64,000 nucleotides of DNA. Origin: Felis catus (Eukaryota). Numbering within the stretch: the first letter of the stretch is position 1; the number at the start of each line of letters is the position of its first letter. The stretch covers positions 77,626,001-77,690,000 of the forward strand of contig NC_058368.1 of the NCBI RefSeq assembly GCF_018350175.1, written 5' to 3'. A program made the position numbers and the translations under genes. This document shows, piece after piece, positions 50,980 to 64,000 of this stretch. The notes under the pieces are model-generated. The model made no database searches. It worked only from the letters and a program-made list of their open reading frames with translations, and was not told the DNA's origin.

Positions 50980-51575
50980 GTAGACTTCACCAAGACATAA
51001 AAAGGATATGTCATGACCAAGTGTGAATTATCTCAGCGTGACTGGTTTAATATTTGAAAATGAAATCCTCGGGGCGCCTGGGTGGCGCAGTCGGTTAAGC
51101 GTCCGACTTCAGCTCAGGTCACGATCTCGCGGTCCATGAGTTCGAGCCCCGCGTCGGGCTCTGGGCTGATGGCTCGGAGCCTGGAGCCTGTTTCTGATTC
51201 TGTGTCTCCCTCTCTCTCTGCCCCTCCCCCGTTCATGCTCTGTCTCTCTTTGTCCCCAAAATAAATAAACGTTGGAAAAAAAAATTAAAAAAAAAAAAAA
51301 AGAAAATGAAATCCTGCAATTTACGGTAGCAGCGAAATAACCACAACAAAAACAAACCTGGGATCCTTTGACTCAATGCAGAAAAGGCATCTGACAAAAT
51401 TCAACACCCATTCGTGACCAAAACTGTCAGCAAACAAAGAGTAAAAGGGAATTTGCCCGGGCTCACAGTGGGCATCTGTGGAAAACTACCATCAGAGTTA
51501 ATGGTGAGATAGTCTCTGCTTTCCCCTTGATATCGGGAATAAGGCAAGGGTACGCCTTCTCATCACCAGTCCTAT
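50980..51575 (+). mobile_element. Old L1 ORF2 reverse-transcriptase fragment
   Basis: NAEKASDKIQHPF (51375-51413; L1 DAEKAFDKIQHPF) and SGIRQGY (L1 GTRQGCPLSP). Confidence 0.85.
51071..51301 (+). mobile_element. CAN-SINE, young SINEC_Fc-type
   Basis: Perfect TSD gaaaatgaaatcct (51056-51069, 51302-51315); long A tail. Confidence 0.97.
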
Positions 51576-52764
51576 GTTTGCTTTTTAAGACTCTTAATCA
51601 TGTACACCAACAACATAACCCTACATACACATGCTGTGGTCATTCGATTAAAAGTATAGTGTTATGTTTTGGGTATTTGTGTGTAAATTCAGAGATGCCA
51701 TCTACTATTAGTGGTCGAGGAAAAGAGAGTGCTCATAACCCGAAAGCTAAAATGCAAATGTCCGTTTTTAAAAGTTTACAAATATCTAAACTCTTGTATT
51801 AAGTATATTTAATGCTCAGCAACCGCAGCTCCAGCCAATTGGCGTCTTTATTCCCACACAGTCTCTTATGTGTAATTTAGTATCAAGGGCATGAAGACAG
51901 AGACTATGTTTTTGCCATATTCTGTGATTCTCATCCTGAGCACGTAGCATAATAGTATGGCCATGTGGCTGCCAGACGACTTAAAGCATCTAAAGGAAAA
52001 TACGTACCAAGTTCTCAGAAGGAAGGCAGTGAGAACAGTCCATGTTAACAGGACTAGCACTAACAAACCCTCATTAGTCTTCCCCTTCATGGCTGGTTTT
52101 CACCAGGCCCCAGTTCTTGGCTGCCCTCTCGTTCCGTTGCTGGTGTTAATAGGTTGGACTGAGTCTTCCCAGTAGAGAATGACAATATTTCCCAGACATC
52201 TAAGGGAAACTTCACTTGCCCTTGGGTTGTGATTTTAGAAGAAAAGACAACCGGCATGATTTCTGTCCCAGTGCCACGCCCCTCCACACCCTTTCCAGTT
52301 TCTTTCCCTCTTGTATTGTCTTCCCCGATTATCCCATTCTCTATACACATTAATCTCCACATTAACTCCAACTAGCTCGGAAACTCTGCTTTCAGCTGGA
52401 TGGGGTTAAAGCAATGTCTCCACTACTGGAGTATACCTCCTGGTCGAGGCATTTGTCTTTTGAATCTGTGCTCCATGAGCCACCTTCATAGTGAGCAGAT
52501 TTTGCTGCCAAAGTAAATGAGTTTCCCTGGAAATAGTCTCAGATGATTCCGGGCAGAGGTGAAGAAGCAGGAGGGAGAGAGAGAGAAAAACAATTTACCC
52601 TTGACCACGATTGAAATTGTAAAGTACAGATTACTGACAATTTAAAAGGAAAATACACGCTTTAATTATATGTATGCTTTAATATCTGAACTTTTAAAAG
52701 TGAACGCTTCCATTTAATATTTCAGAATATCTACCTCACCCGCTATCACTGCAGTTTATGCAGG

Positions 52765-53985
52765 ATCAGAGAATCGTGGAAAGAAGAGATTCAAGAAGCT
52801 TTCTGGTTCCACATCTTTGGGTTACAGAGGAGGCTCTAGGAATACATTTTGAAGCTCTAAGAGATGTTGATTAATTTCCATCTCTTTACATTTTTGTCAT
52901 CACACTCTGCCTTTTGTCAACAACAGTGAATTATCCTAGCTACCTGGGCTGAGGACAAGGTTTTGTGGAATATGTACCTAGGGGAGACTGGTGGAGGATG
53001 AGTGGAACGTAAAATGGCTGATACATCAAAGCATCAACTCAATACACTTGTTTTAACCGGAGTGGGTTAAACTTTAGTATAGGTAGCACAACTAAGTGAG
53101 CTGGGGGAAGTCACAGAATGTGTCACGACAGTCACTAAGTCAACAAATGTTTATTTAGCACCCACTACGTACACCATTCCAAGTGCTGGAGAAGCAGAGG
53201 AAAACATTTTAGCAAAAGTCATTGATAGTGTTTGGACTGAGCGCTGAGGGGAAGGTAAGAGCCTGGAGTGTTCGGGGAACTACCAGTGGGGCTGGTGCTG
53301 AAGTATAGAGTCTGACATTCACAAATCAGGCATTTGTTGCCTGTGCACATACATCCCAGTTTATTCTTATTTGTGAGGAAGATAACACTGCATCTTGCTT
53401 GAAATTGGATTTTAGTGAACTAATGAAACTCTGTAAATGTAAAACCTAAGTGTTGAAGCCAATTTCTGTCACCAGACTGAACTTGGTTCATAATTCTTGT
53501 GCTGTGTTGTTGTTCAGGAAGCTCCTTTAGACACAGCCTCATCTAGATCTCAGACAACCTTTGCGATCACAATTTTCATTTGCCTACTATTGTATAAAAA
53601 AAAAGACTGTCCTTGTCTTCGACCAGTGTGACCAGTTACTGATTGTGACTCGTCATCTGACCTTGCATAGATGTTACCTAAAGGGTCCCTTCCCAACACC
53701 CCCAATTGATGCTTGGAAACATTGTGTTGGGGGGTCTGTTAGGACTCCCTTCAAGTATCTGGTTGTGTACAATTAGCCATCTTGACCAAATCCCAGGAAA
53801 TTTTGTATAATCAGAGAATCCTGGAAGGAGGTCATCCAAGTTGTTTTCTACATGAACACCCTCTGGTACAGAGAAGCTTCAGAAATATATTTGAAACTCT
53901 AAGAAATGTTGACTAATTTCTATCTTTATGTATTTTTGCATTAAAATTCTACTACTCTTAGTCGACACCAGTGGAGTGCCCTAGT
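52765..53985. repeat. Diverged direct repeat pair (about 175 bp each, offset 1045 bp)
   Basis: 52765-52939 vs 53810-53984: atcagagaatc(g/c)tggaa ... tttgaa(g/a)ctctaaga(g/a)atgttga(t/c)taatttc(c/t)atct ... cctag. Confidence 0.85.
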
Positions 53986-54331
53986 TATTTCAGATTTAGC
54001 TTGAAGTAAACTCAGTGAATCTATGTTGTAAGTTTCATTCTAAAATATTTATAGAATAAGCAAGACAGTCAAAGCTTTTCCTGGCCATGCCTTTGATCCT
54101 ATCTACAAGTTACTCATTTTCCTTCAACATGTGCTTATCTTTTCTTCTTAAGAGGATTCTTCCTGGATAGTTCGGAAAGATTTCTTTATTCTGCTTAGAG
54201 TAACAAAAATATACCTAATATTTATAAATCACAAATGACTTGCAACTCCCAAATATAAATGTTTAAGATATTTCCTTTAGGATGCATGACTAAGACAAAT
54301 CACCACTTTGAAAAAGGTACAGCATAATAGA

Positions 54332-54503
54332 GGGCACCTGGGTGGCTCTGTCAGTGTCTGACACTTGACTTAGGCTCAGGTCACAATCTCACAGTTCAGA
54401 GGATCGAGCCCCACTTGGGATTCTCTCTCTCCCTCTCTCTCTGTCCCACCCCCACCTGCACATGCGCTCACCTGCTCTCTCTGAAAATAAATATTTTTTT
54501 AAA
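54332..54503 (+). mobile_element. CAN-SINE with internal deletions
   Basis: TSD aaaaaggtacagcataat/aaaaatgtatagcataat. Confidence 0.92.
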
Positions 54504-54799
54504 AAATGTATAGCATAATTGACATTAGTTTTTTCTCTCTCAATGCATGGGTTATTATTATTTTTTTAACGTTACAGGAAGGAAGTCTAACACTGGAATG
54601 AGCAAAAGCACTCTCAATTTCTTAGAGTCCCTAAACTAATTCTGAAAGCTAAACAAAAATAACTATGGAAGAGTTCTACCATCGCCAAAGGCTGAAAAAT
54701 CTCTTCCTCTTCTCACTACTCTACTGAATTTCTTACATAAAAAGACAGCCCTACTGTCCTCAAGCGAAGTTCAAGGCTTCCTGTGAGCCTAGGGGCCTG

Positions 54800-55095
54800 G
54801 TGTCTACAACGTGGAGGACAGCTGCAGGTGTATGGTGTTAGAGAGTGACAGGCCAGCCTGAAGGCTCACAACCATCTAAGTCAACTACTCAGGACCCTGC
54901 TAACTTCAGCCGTGTCAGAATTCAAGCCAGGTACCGACAGTTTCCACTTTGCCCACAAAAGCTAGGAATCTGGAGTCTTAGATAAAAATTTTTGGATTTC
55001 TTAAAAAATTGCCCACTGATTCAACTTTTAAAGCACTATGCCAGCCTGTGTGACGGGGGTAACTGAACCTCGCGGTGCTCCTGACTGGTCAACTA
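54800..55095. mobile_element. MER102-like hAT-Charlie fossil
   Basis: aagctaggaatctggag...ggatttcttaaaaaattgcccactgattcaacttttaaagcactatgccagcc. Confidence 0.45.
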
Positions 55096-55369
55096 TAAAG
55101 TGGATTTTTTAATGACACCTGCTATTTAGAGGTGTTAGAAATGAATTTTAACTGCTTAAGGTATTGCGTAACATCTAGCAAGAGTCATAGTTCACTACTG
55201 AATCAGTAAAGAATCAGTTCTCTTGTTTTATTACTATTATTAATACATACGAGACACAGAGCATGGTTGGAACTGGGGAGTGACTGGGCTTATTTGTCCT
55301 GGCCTCCGGGCTTACTCAGAAGAGTAAGTAGTATCATGGGAAGCAACAGACCTTTATAAAAAATGATTA

Positions 55370-55560
55370 TATTTTGGACACGTTCTGTAATTTCATGATT
55401 CAGTCCTCACAACATTACTAGATGAGGTAGATGTTACTTTCATTTTACCAATGGGGAAACTGACACCCCAAGCTTTTAAGTAATTTGTGCAAGTTTACTC
55501 AGTACATACATAGTACTTCTAATTATCAGGCTTGTGTGAATACCGATTCCCTTCTCTACA
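55370..55560 (-). mobile_element. MIR
   Basis: cagtcctcacaac...gatgaggtag...cattttaccaatggggaaactga...aagtaatttgtgcaag. Confidence 0.75.
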
Positions 55561-56639
55561 CAGGGCACATTATTGCCTTTCTTAAAAAGTGGGAATTGAA
55601 GCAAAAAGAAGGACCTGGTGAACTGGCCGTGAGCGAGAGATCATGTCTGGAAGATTGGCAATTACAGACGGGTTAGAAGAATAGAAAGCTGAGGTCCTGG
55701 GGACTGAAGCCAGGCTGGGTGCCTCCAAACCCAGGTGTTAGATCTGGATGAGGTGCCAAGGGCTAGGGACAACAAAAGCCCAAAGGCCACCAGTTTGGCA
55801 ACATCAGAGTTATTTGACTAGATGCAAGGAGGTAGGACACTCCAGAACCACGGCATGCCGTTCCACGACAGCAAAACAGAAGGCATCTTATCTTTTGGTG
55901 ATGAGGAAGGAGAAGGACTCAGAGGAGGGGTCTAAGGGAAGAGCGACCAATTTTAGATTGGTTGCCACTTCTGAGTCAGAAATGGGGGAAGCAGGAAAGA
56001 CTAGGGACTCAGTGCCAACACGGAACTAAGGCGGTTCAACATCTGCATGTACCAGTGATAGAGAAGAACAGCAACGTGGGCACAGGGCAGTACAGTTAAG
56101 AAAGAGAGAATCATTAGGGCAGTCTTTAGCTGCTCCAGGCCCTTGGGAGACATGGCGTTTCCTGTTCATTTTGCAGGTGGATCTAAGTCTGTTATCAGCT
56201 GGATGCTCTACAGGGCTGCTTGCTTTCCTTCTCAGGCCGTGGGCTTATTTCCACGAATCTCAGACAGGTGTTACCGCTTCAGGGCGTGTAGGACTCCCAC
56301 TGGGATTGATCACTGAGCTGAAGGCAGGTACAGCCAGAAAGGCTTTACCTTCTGAAACCGGTTTCGTAACAGGAACAAACAGAAGCAAGAAGACAGGTAG
56401 CACAGTGATGGGAGGGAACGCATCAACGATGGTGGGCTGGACCAAGGCTCAGGCTTGGCCTTCAGCTTTGGAGGTCCACAGAGGTCACCTTTCAGCAAAT
56501 CAAGAGGGATTTCATTAAAGAAGACAGGTGATTAAAACCAAAATCATCATTAGAAGGTTGCATCGCAGACATCAAAGAAGAAGGGTCACCCCCAAGGACG
56601 GGACTGTTTATGATATCAGGAGATATTGCCTGGTGAGTT

Positions 56640-56850
56640 CCAGGTAGGAGCCCAGACTAGGGACCTGACCTTGAATGACTTACTTAAGTTATACTGTGTC
56701 TGTTTTCTCATGCAAAGTGGGGATAATAATCTACTTCATAGGTTCGTCAGGAGGTTTAACAGACTTAATATACATAAAATTCCTAGTACAAACTCTGGCA
56801 GGTGATAATAAAAGCAAGTTAGTCGTTCTTACTGTCCTAATTACCTGTGT
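56640..56850 (+). mobile_element. MIR
   Basis: tgaccttgaatgacttacttaa...ctgtgtctgttttctcatgcaaagtggggataataat. Confidence 0.75.
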
Positions 56851-58829
56851 TACGATTACAGAGTCACAATTCTGGTCAGCTTCTGTCCCTGCCATGTTCT
56901 CATGGAGACTGCCAATGTTTTTTTTTCTGTGATTCTCATTTTACTAAGTTTCCTGGCTGACCAAACTTTCTTCTAATTAACACTTTCATTTTAAAAATAT
57001 GCTGATATTTCAATTTGGTAAAAATAAAGTCTTACTGGCCTGGATGGCATTTTTTAGAGGCAATTTTGAAACTCTGTGCTCTAATTATGTGCTAATGTTA
57101 TCTGTCATTTAGCTCTGAATGGGGAGCTATGTCTCCAGGTTTCCAGGCAGAAGTGACGATGGGCTGGCCTGAGTAATTGGGGGGGTGGTTCTGGGTCCGG
57201 GCCTGATTTAAGAAAACCCATTTTCCCATCTGCCTATATATATATATTTTTTCCTACTGGAAATTATTATTTTTTATATAGTTCCATTTACATGTAAATA
57301 ATCAGCTCAGATTTTCATCTTTTTCAATTATTGGGCTTCCATTTTGAAGTCAAGAATGCTCTACTGAAAGACATTTGAAAACCACTGATCAAAAATATGT
57401 CCCTGTATTACATGTATGTGTTATGGAAGTGTCCTAGTATGTGATCCTACCGAGATAACGCTGGGTAAGCGCTCTCTGTTTTCTAGGTTACTCCGGATTT
57501 CTGTGGTTAGCAGAAACTACAGATGCACTGGGCAATCCTGGAAGATACAGAACACGAAACACTGGTCACCGAATAATAGTTTTCATGTACCCCTGTTTTT
57601 CATGCAAATTGCTTGACACCCACAATGTCACACAAGAATGTAAAGGTGCACCATGATGTGTGAATGGGGGGGACCAGCGTGGGGTGGGGCTCAGATCCCC
57701 ATGTCTAAGCCACCCTTTGCCACCCTACGAGCCGGCTGCAGCCTGTCCAAGAACCGTGAGGCGGCCGCTCTTGCCCACAGCACATTTGGTTTGAAAAGCC
57801 CAAGAAGCAGAAAGGAAGACAGCAGAGACTAGATGTGAAGTGATTTTCCCACCTCTCAGCACGAAAGAGCCCTCATCCATGATATCCAATTCTATTTCCT
57901 ATTTTTTTGAAGGACTAGAAGGAATCAGTCCGCAAATCCTATTGATACTACAGCTGCAGAAACCTTCACATCTACTCCTCATGCCCTTCCTTCTCCGGTC
58001 CCCCAGTCATTGAACTAATCCTCATCGTCTCTTCACCCAAAGATCCCTCAGCCCTCTTAATAAGTGTCTCTCCACTTTTTTGTTTCAAAATTAAGGCATC
58101 AAGACACGTTCACCTAAGTAGCAATCTTTCCCAAATCCACCTTAGCTCGTGATGCTTAGCTGTGGCTCAGTGTGAAATCATCTGAGACTCATTCAGGCTT
58201 GGGTCTCTATCAGGGTAGCTTCCCAGCTGTGGGACTCCTAAAGCTGCTTCTCACCTTTAAAGGAGGGGATGCACCCGACTCGCAGGTTGTTTTGAGGGCT
58301 AGACGGCACAATAAATGTGTTTACCATATATGTTTCTTAATAAATATTAAATAAGCTTCAATTATTATTGCTATATTCATTTTAGGAAACTGGCAAGAAA
58401 AAAAAAACATTTTGGTCAACAGAATGCCAAACAGCATATTTGGTTTGACACCCATGCGGAAATATCTTAATGGCTGTCACCTGAGAGGTTGTTTTAAGGC
58501 AAAAGGCAATTTCAGGTTCTGCCATCATTCTGACTGGTGATTAAGTGGAGGACCAACAACATCAGCTAACAGGGTAAATGTGAAAATGTACAGTAATGTA
58601 AGCAAGCTCTCCAAAGAATGTGGATATTTGAAACCAGGACAGCCTTGGGACCAATATCCCATACGCCAACAAAAAAGTTTAGAAACTACAAAATGGGCAT
58701 GAATGAGTCATGATCCAGGGAGAGGGGTTGGTCTCTGGTGTAAAGTGAGAGGAAGCGGGTTAGTCCGTGACTAACCAACCCAAATAATTCCAACCAAGGA
58801 AAGCGCCCTCAGCCATGAAAGTAAATAAT

Positions 58830-59049
58830 CCAGGCTTCCAGTTATGGAATGAATAAGTCATGGGAAGAAAAGGCGCAGCCTAAGGAATATAGTCAGTGGT
58901 ATTGTGACAGTATTGCATGGTGGCGGATAGTAGCTACATTCCTGGTGGGCACGGCATAAGGTAGGGAGATCCAAATTGCTATGTTGTACACCCGAAACTA
59001 ACGTCACGTGGTGTCAACCACACTTTCAATTGAAAAAAAAAAAAAAAAA
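58830..59049 (+). mobile_element. 5'-truncated carnivore L1 3' end with poly(A)
   Basis: caggcttccagttatggaatgaataagtcatggg...ctatgttgtacacccgaaactaa...A-run; degenerate TSD aaagtaaataatcc/aaagtttacatcc. Confidence 0.88.
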
Positions 59050-59719
59050 GTTTACATCCTGAATGGAAGCATCCATGATTTTTATCTGGTCGTATTTTAT
59101 TATGCGTGCACAAAGAACTGATGAGATTAATTTTCATAAATGGATATTGCGTTCAAGTGAGCAACATTCTTTAGCTTTTATTCCTTTCATCAAGAGAGAT
59201 GCTGCTTCAATAGTTCTTTGAGATCTTTCACATTTTCCAGAGCTTTATTTATAATTAGTAACAAGCTGTTAAAATCTTCCATTGTTCCATGCATCGAATG
59301 GATGCTCGTGAAGTGTGTTTTATCTTCCTAAAAGTTCCACAGGGTTCTCATTCCCTTAGTTCTCTGTTCATCTGGGTAGCCTCGGCGCTGGATAAACATC
59401 CAAGGATGTAAACAACAATGGCATTACAGAAAGGCTTCCTTTGTAATGATGGTAAAGTAAAATTATAGAAGAAGCTGAGAATTTTTGTGATAAGCTTATT
59501 TTCTAGTGGAGATGATTCTTAGTTTCCCCTCCGTACTTAAAATGCTCATGAAAAAGACAGAACTCCAAGCCACACGGTTTGTGCAGTAGGTAGGAATAAA
59601 AGTGAGATTCATGGGTTATTCATAATAACCTAGGGCCTAGGGCTTAAGATGAAAATTCATTACTGCAACAAAATGAAGACAAAGGTCTAAGCTTCCCAGA
59701 TGACTTCCCTCACAAGTGT

Positions 59720-60540
59720 TGGCTGGGACAGGTAAAAAGAAGCAAAGAAATCCACGGGCAGACCACTTTGGTGGTGTAGGCAATGGCTCATTGCAGGCTT
59801 TTGGCTCAGGGGATGGAGAGGAAGAGTCAGATGTGAGTGACCTGGGAGAAACATGATTAATGGGTCATGAGGGGAAAATGGGACGAGGGAAAGAAGTCAA
59901 AGACTCAGTCCTTGTGCGGGTGGCTGGGAACACAGCACTGCCAAATTAAAAAATGAAACAGAACACAAAAGACTAGGCATTTGGGGGACACAAAAGAGAA
60001 GGAACAGTTGTGAATTCACTTCAGTGTTTACTGAATGTGAGCTTGCACCAGGGAACTCAGGGAAGGGACGGCCAACAGGCAATTAGACATCAAAAAGGTG
60101 GAAATGTCGAGGGAGCAGGGAGGAGCTTATTCGATCCAGTGCCCCGAGAGGTAGGTGCAGGCACATGGGGAACAGACACGACTTGGCAAACTATTCACCG
60201 CTCCCATGGTGCCAATCTGAGATGGATCCTTCTGGATGAACATCAGATCAGTAGGTTTAATAATATAAATGAATGTATGAAAGGAAACACTGGGGGGTGG
60301 GGACAGGAAACATGTGAAAGAAGTCTGGGGAAATGAACAAGATAAAAGAAAAATGAGAAAAAATAGCGATTGAAGTCAATAGGAGCTCAGAATTAAATGA
60401 TTAAAGACCAAGAGATCACTTTGGAAAGCCGGAATAGGATGAATTCCCCCAAAAGTACTGTTTGGGGAATATTTGTGGAAGGTGAGATTTGAAATGGAGA
60501 TTTTAAGTGGGTGGCGATCATTGCAGACGGAAACTAAGGC
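59720..60540 (-). mobile_element. L2 fragments
   Basis: Purine-rich L2 antisense text (ggggatggagaggaagagtcagatgtgag...aggcaattagacat...). Confidence 0.55.
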
Positions 60541-60582
60541 AGGAATAGAGCGGTGCCTGAAAAACCACTTGAGACCCAGTTA

Positions 60583-60622
60583 AGAGAGAGAGAGAGAGAG
60601 TGAGAGAGAGAGAGAGAGAGAG
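60583..60622. repeat. (GA)n microsatellite
   Basis: Visible directly. Confidence 0.95.
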
Positions 60623-61201
60623 CAAGCAAGCCCTGTCCCCTTGGGACCCTGAGGACCTAGCAAGATTTGAGTCTGGGCAGAAACTGTTTAGAATGAACAC
60701 AGGATCTCTCTCCATTTGGTTCCCTGCTGTATAGCTAGCACCTAAATACGTGGCTGTCTTATAAATGTGTTTGCATAAATAAGCCAGAAAAAAATAAAGC
60801 ACAAGAAAGACCAGCTTACTAGGTTCTTTAATTGTATATGTACGTCTAGTTTGACTAGTCTGTCTGTTTGTAAATATCTGTAAATTTTCCCATGATCAAA
60901 TAGGCTTTTCGTTCCTGTACAAGCCACTGCATTTGATGAAGCACATGACTCAAGTGTCATGGAAGGGTATTAAAGGACAAAGATACCAGGCACTGGATAT
61001 GACCAGGGTCCAGATCACGTCTCCTGGTATTCATTCACCATCGTCCTGTTCTCACACAATACCTTTGAATAATATCAAACACTTCAGTTTTACTTTTTAG
61101 GAGAGAAGTTAAGCAAACTAATATTTTAACTATTTAAACTGAATTTTTGAGTCACATTAAAAGGCTTTAGTGTCACAAATTTTTTAAGTGCTGATTAAGA
61201 A

Positions 61202-61402
61202 GGGGCGCGTGGGTGGCTCGGTCAGTTAAGTATTTGACTTCAGCTCAGGTCATCATCTCGCAGTTCGGGGGTTCAAGCCCCGCATCGGGCTCTGTGCTGA
61301 CAGCTCGGAGCCTGGAGCCTGCTTTGGATTCTGTGTCTCCCTCTCTCTCTGCCCCGCCCCTACTCGCACTCTGTCTCTCTCTTAAAATCAACACTTAAAA
61401 AA
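61202..61402 (+). mobile_element. CAN-SINE
   Basis: TSD ttttaagtgctgattaa/ttttaaatgccgattaa. Confidence 0.95.
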
Positions 61403-63029
61403 GTTTTAAATGCCGATTAAAAAAATAAACATGAAAAACCAAAAGAAAATGGCAAACCTTAGTTGAAATAATGGCTAAAGTTTGAACTGAGACAGCAAGC
61501 CCACAGTGCGCACTCCTGATGCCACAGAGGATATTTCTAAATCCTGTGTTTAAAAATGACGCATAAAAGCATAATTTATCAGACTTGTACCTACACAACG
61601 CAAGCAAGACAGTCAAATAATGAAGTTTAAAAATAAATTTTACTGATGTGTATAATAATTTCCACAAAAAGTCAGGCTTTCCCATGATGGAGAGTGTGAG
61701 TGAAGATAAATAAATGTGTTGCAGGAAAGAAAGTTTCATTACAACACAGGACACAACACATGTATGCCCTTAAATATTAATGCCTATTTGTAGAAAACCT
61801 CTCACTTGTAGATAGGTCCAAATACAGAGAACTTCTCTTGAAACTAATTTTATTTATTTGCCATTACGTTTAACTAGGGGTAAAGGTTAGGAGTCCACGA
61901 GTTGCAAACGGGCACCTCTATAAAATGCAATCTCGGCATAGTCTGGTGACTGACTCAATGGCAGCACATAGTAGGTGCTCAGAGATTGTGTTTTAAATAA
62001 ATACTTGGTAGGAGTTTGTTGTTAAGCACTTCACTAAAAAAGGACCTAGAGAAATAGTTAGTGACATTTAATTTGTTTTCGAATGTGCTTATTTAAATGT
62101 GCCTCGCATAATCCGAGCAGTCCTTCTGGTAATATATTCACATCTGCATCTTCCAATTTTATTAGCAACATGAGGCACTTCCTTTTTAGTATTCATATTA
62201 ACCGTCCTAAGTAATTTTCTTTTTAGTTGCGGTTTTCTCGGAATTATCTTTTCGTTTTTTCTTGCATATACTTGAGTACTTTGATATGTCTGAGATAAAA
62301 ATTGATTATAAAATGCGGACTCACTTTGCTCATAAAATATCCCCCCAAAATCTTTTGCTAAGAATATTGAGGACAAATGTTCTGATTATACTAAGGTAAA
62401 GAAGAGATGTTCCCTAGGTGCTTTGCTTTAACTGAGCATTTTGACCTAGTCATTTTATTGTTTGTATGCAATGCTAACGTGGATTTTCATAAAGATTTGG
62501 CTTATTTAAAGAGAAAAAAAATCTAGGTAGAGCAGTCTATGATTTGGTGTCCTTACCCCTTAGCAGATTTAAACTGATTGATAGATATAAGCTTGTAATT
62601 TGATGTGGTCAATTCTACTGCCCACAAGTTGCCGGAGATTCTATCAGCTTTGTGGAGGGGCGGAGAAGTGACGATCACGAACCCAGCAAACCAGAAGCCA
62701 TCTGAACATCCTTACTTCTTAGTATACTTACATTCTCCAAAGTGAAAGAAGAATGTTGGAATAGTCCAGAAAAAAATATGCTCATGAAAAATAAACGGGA
62801 AAAAATAGAGCCTAGAATAAACCTTGAATAAATTCACATGATCCTTAAACCTCTTACTTGTTTCAATGGGCTATACTAGACCTGTGTCTTGACTTAGATT
62901 TATATGGGTTGTTCCATTTTCCACAACAAATTGTTCTTTTTCTTAATTGTTTTCTAGGACAACAGTAACATTTTTATACAGGTCCTTTTCAAAATAAAAA
63001 AAAATTAAAACTCTTTTTCTTACTGCTTT

Positions 63030-64000
63030 AAGGAACCTGCAGCTTACCCATTAGCTTCAACAATTATCAATATTTTGCCGATCTTATTTCATCTACTATA
63101 CGCATATTTTTTTTCTTTTTTACCTTGAAATAATTATAGATTCACAGGAAGATGGCACGCAAAACAGAAACACCACAATATACAAGTTCCCTGCACTGTT
63201 CACCAAGCTTCCTGCACTGGTACATCTTATGTAATTACAGCCTCCGACCAAAACAGAAACCTGACCAACTGACATGGGGATAATCCACAGAGTTTTTTCA
63301 GGTTTCATCAGTTTTACAAGCACATGTGTGTGCACCTACGTATGTGTGTGCATGCACGCACATGCATGGTCTGTGCAATTTTATCACTTGGGTAGCTTCA
63401 TGTAAGCACCACTACATTCGAGATACAACTGTTTCATACTCCCTTCTACTAGTTCATGATAGGCACACCCACACCCTCTCTCTACAGCCCCTACTTCCTA
63501 AAAACCACAGATCTGTTCTTCGTCTCGATGACTTTATTATTTCACAAATGCCACACAAGTGGGGTCATATAGTATGCAGCCCTTTGAGACTGGCTTTCCC
63601 ATTCAGTAGAAGTCCTTTGAGATTCTTCCCAGTAGTTGCTTATGTTTGTTATTTTTTATGATAACGTATGTGATTTTTTTTTTATTATATCATCTGGATA
63701 TACCACTGCTTGCTTAACCATTTACTCATCGAAGGGCATGTGGGTTGTCTCCAGTTTGGGCTACTACGAATAGAGCTTTTATACCCATTCACGTACTGTG
63801 TTCGTGCGAACACAAATTTTCATCTCTCTGGGGTAACTGCTGGGTCACATGGCTGGTGCGTGCTTAGTTTTAATAGAAACCGGCAAGCTGTTTTCTAGAA
63901 TGGCTGTGACATTCTACATTCCTCCTGGCAGTGTATGAGTGCTTCCATTTCTCTGCATCTTCACCAGCATTTGGAGTTATCACTATGTTTTCATTTTTGC
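63030..64000 (-). mobile_element. L1MD/L1MC-type 3' region running off the window end
   Basis: ttgaaataattatagattcacaggaag...cctttgagactggc...ggttgtctccagtttggg...cattctacattcc...caccagcatttgg. Confidence 0.85.

Noticed and set aside
59048..59072. miR-30-like string (tttacatcctgaatggaagc)
   Set aside because: Seed TGTAAAC absent, no hairpin partner, and it overlaps an L1 target-site duplication
59394..59448. Small palindromes (acatcc-aa-ggatgt; cattac...gtaatg)
   Set aside because: Stems are short enough to occur by chance in 64 kb
257..63898. Most ORFs in the six-frame track (e.g. 259-468, 11257-11706, 12289-12753, 29568-29957, 32964-33446)
   Set aside because: They coincide with SINE, LTR, L1 or microsatellite sequence, or are short chance ORFs without splice or domain support

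Overview
Mammalian (carnivore, almost certainly felid) nuclear DNA: AT-rich, CpG-depleted, with about 26 tRNA-derived CAN-SINEs (SINEC_Fc-type, many with target-site duplications), MaLR/MLT1 solo LTRs, L1, L2, MIR, a CR1/L3 fossil, hAT DNA-transposon fossils (including a Blackjack-like transposase remnant) and microsatellites. There is no prokaryotic system, CRISPR array or intact RNA gene, and nearly all ORFs in the supplied track are repeat-derived or spurious. The main non-repeat signal is a chain of short minus-strand exons (18377-18444, 18257-18294, 16399-16527, 15549-15567, 9796-9827, 4104-4185/4188, 2351-2418). They have canonical AG/GT sites and compatible phases, and join into a stop-free 123-codon frame (MHSRSPSRG...LNRIEGISF) that probably continues off the left end of the window. 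I could not assign this protein to a known gene, and the model is unverified. Repeat subfamily names come from visual recognition and need RepeatMasker/Dfam confirmation.
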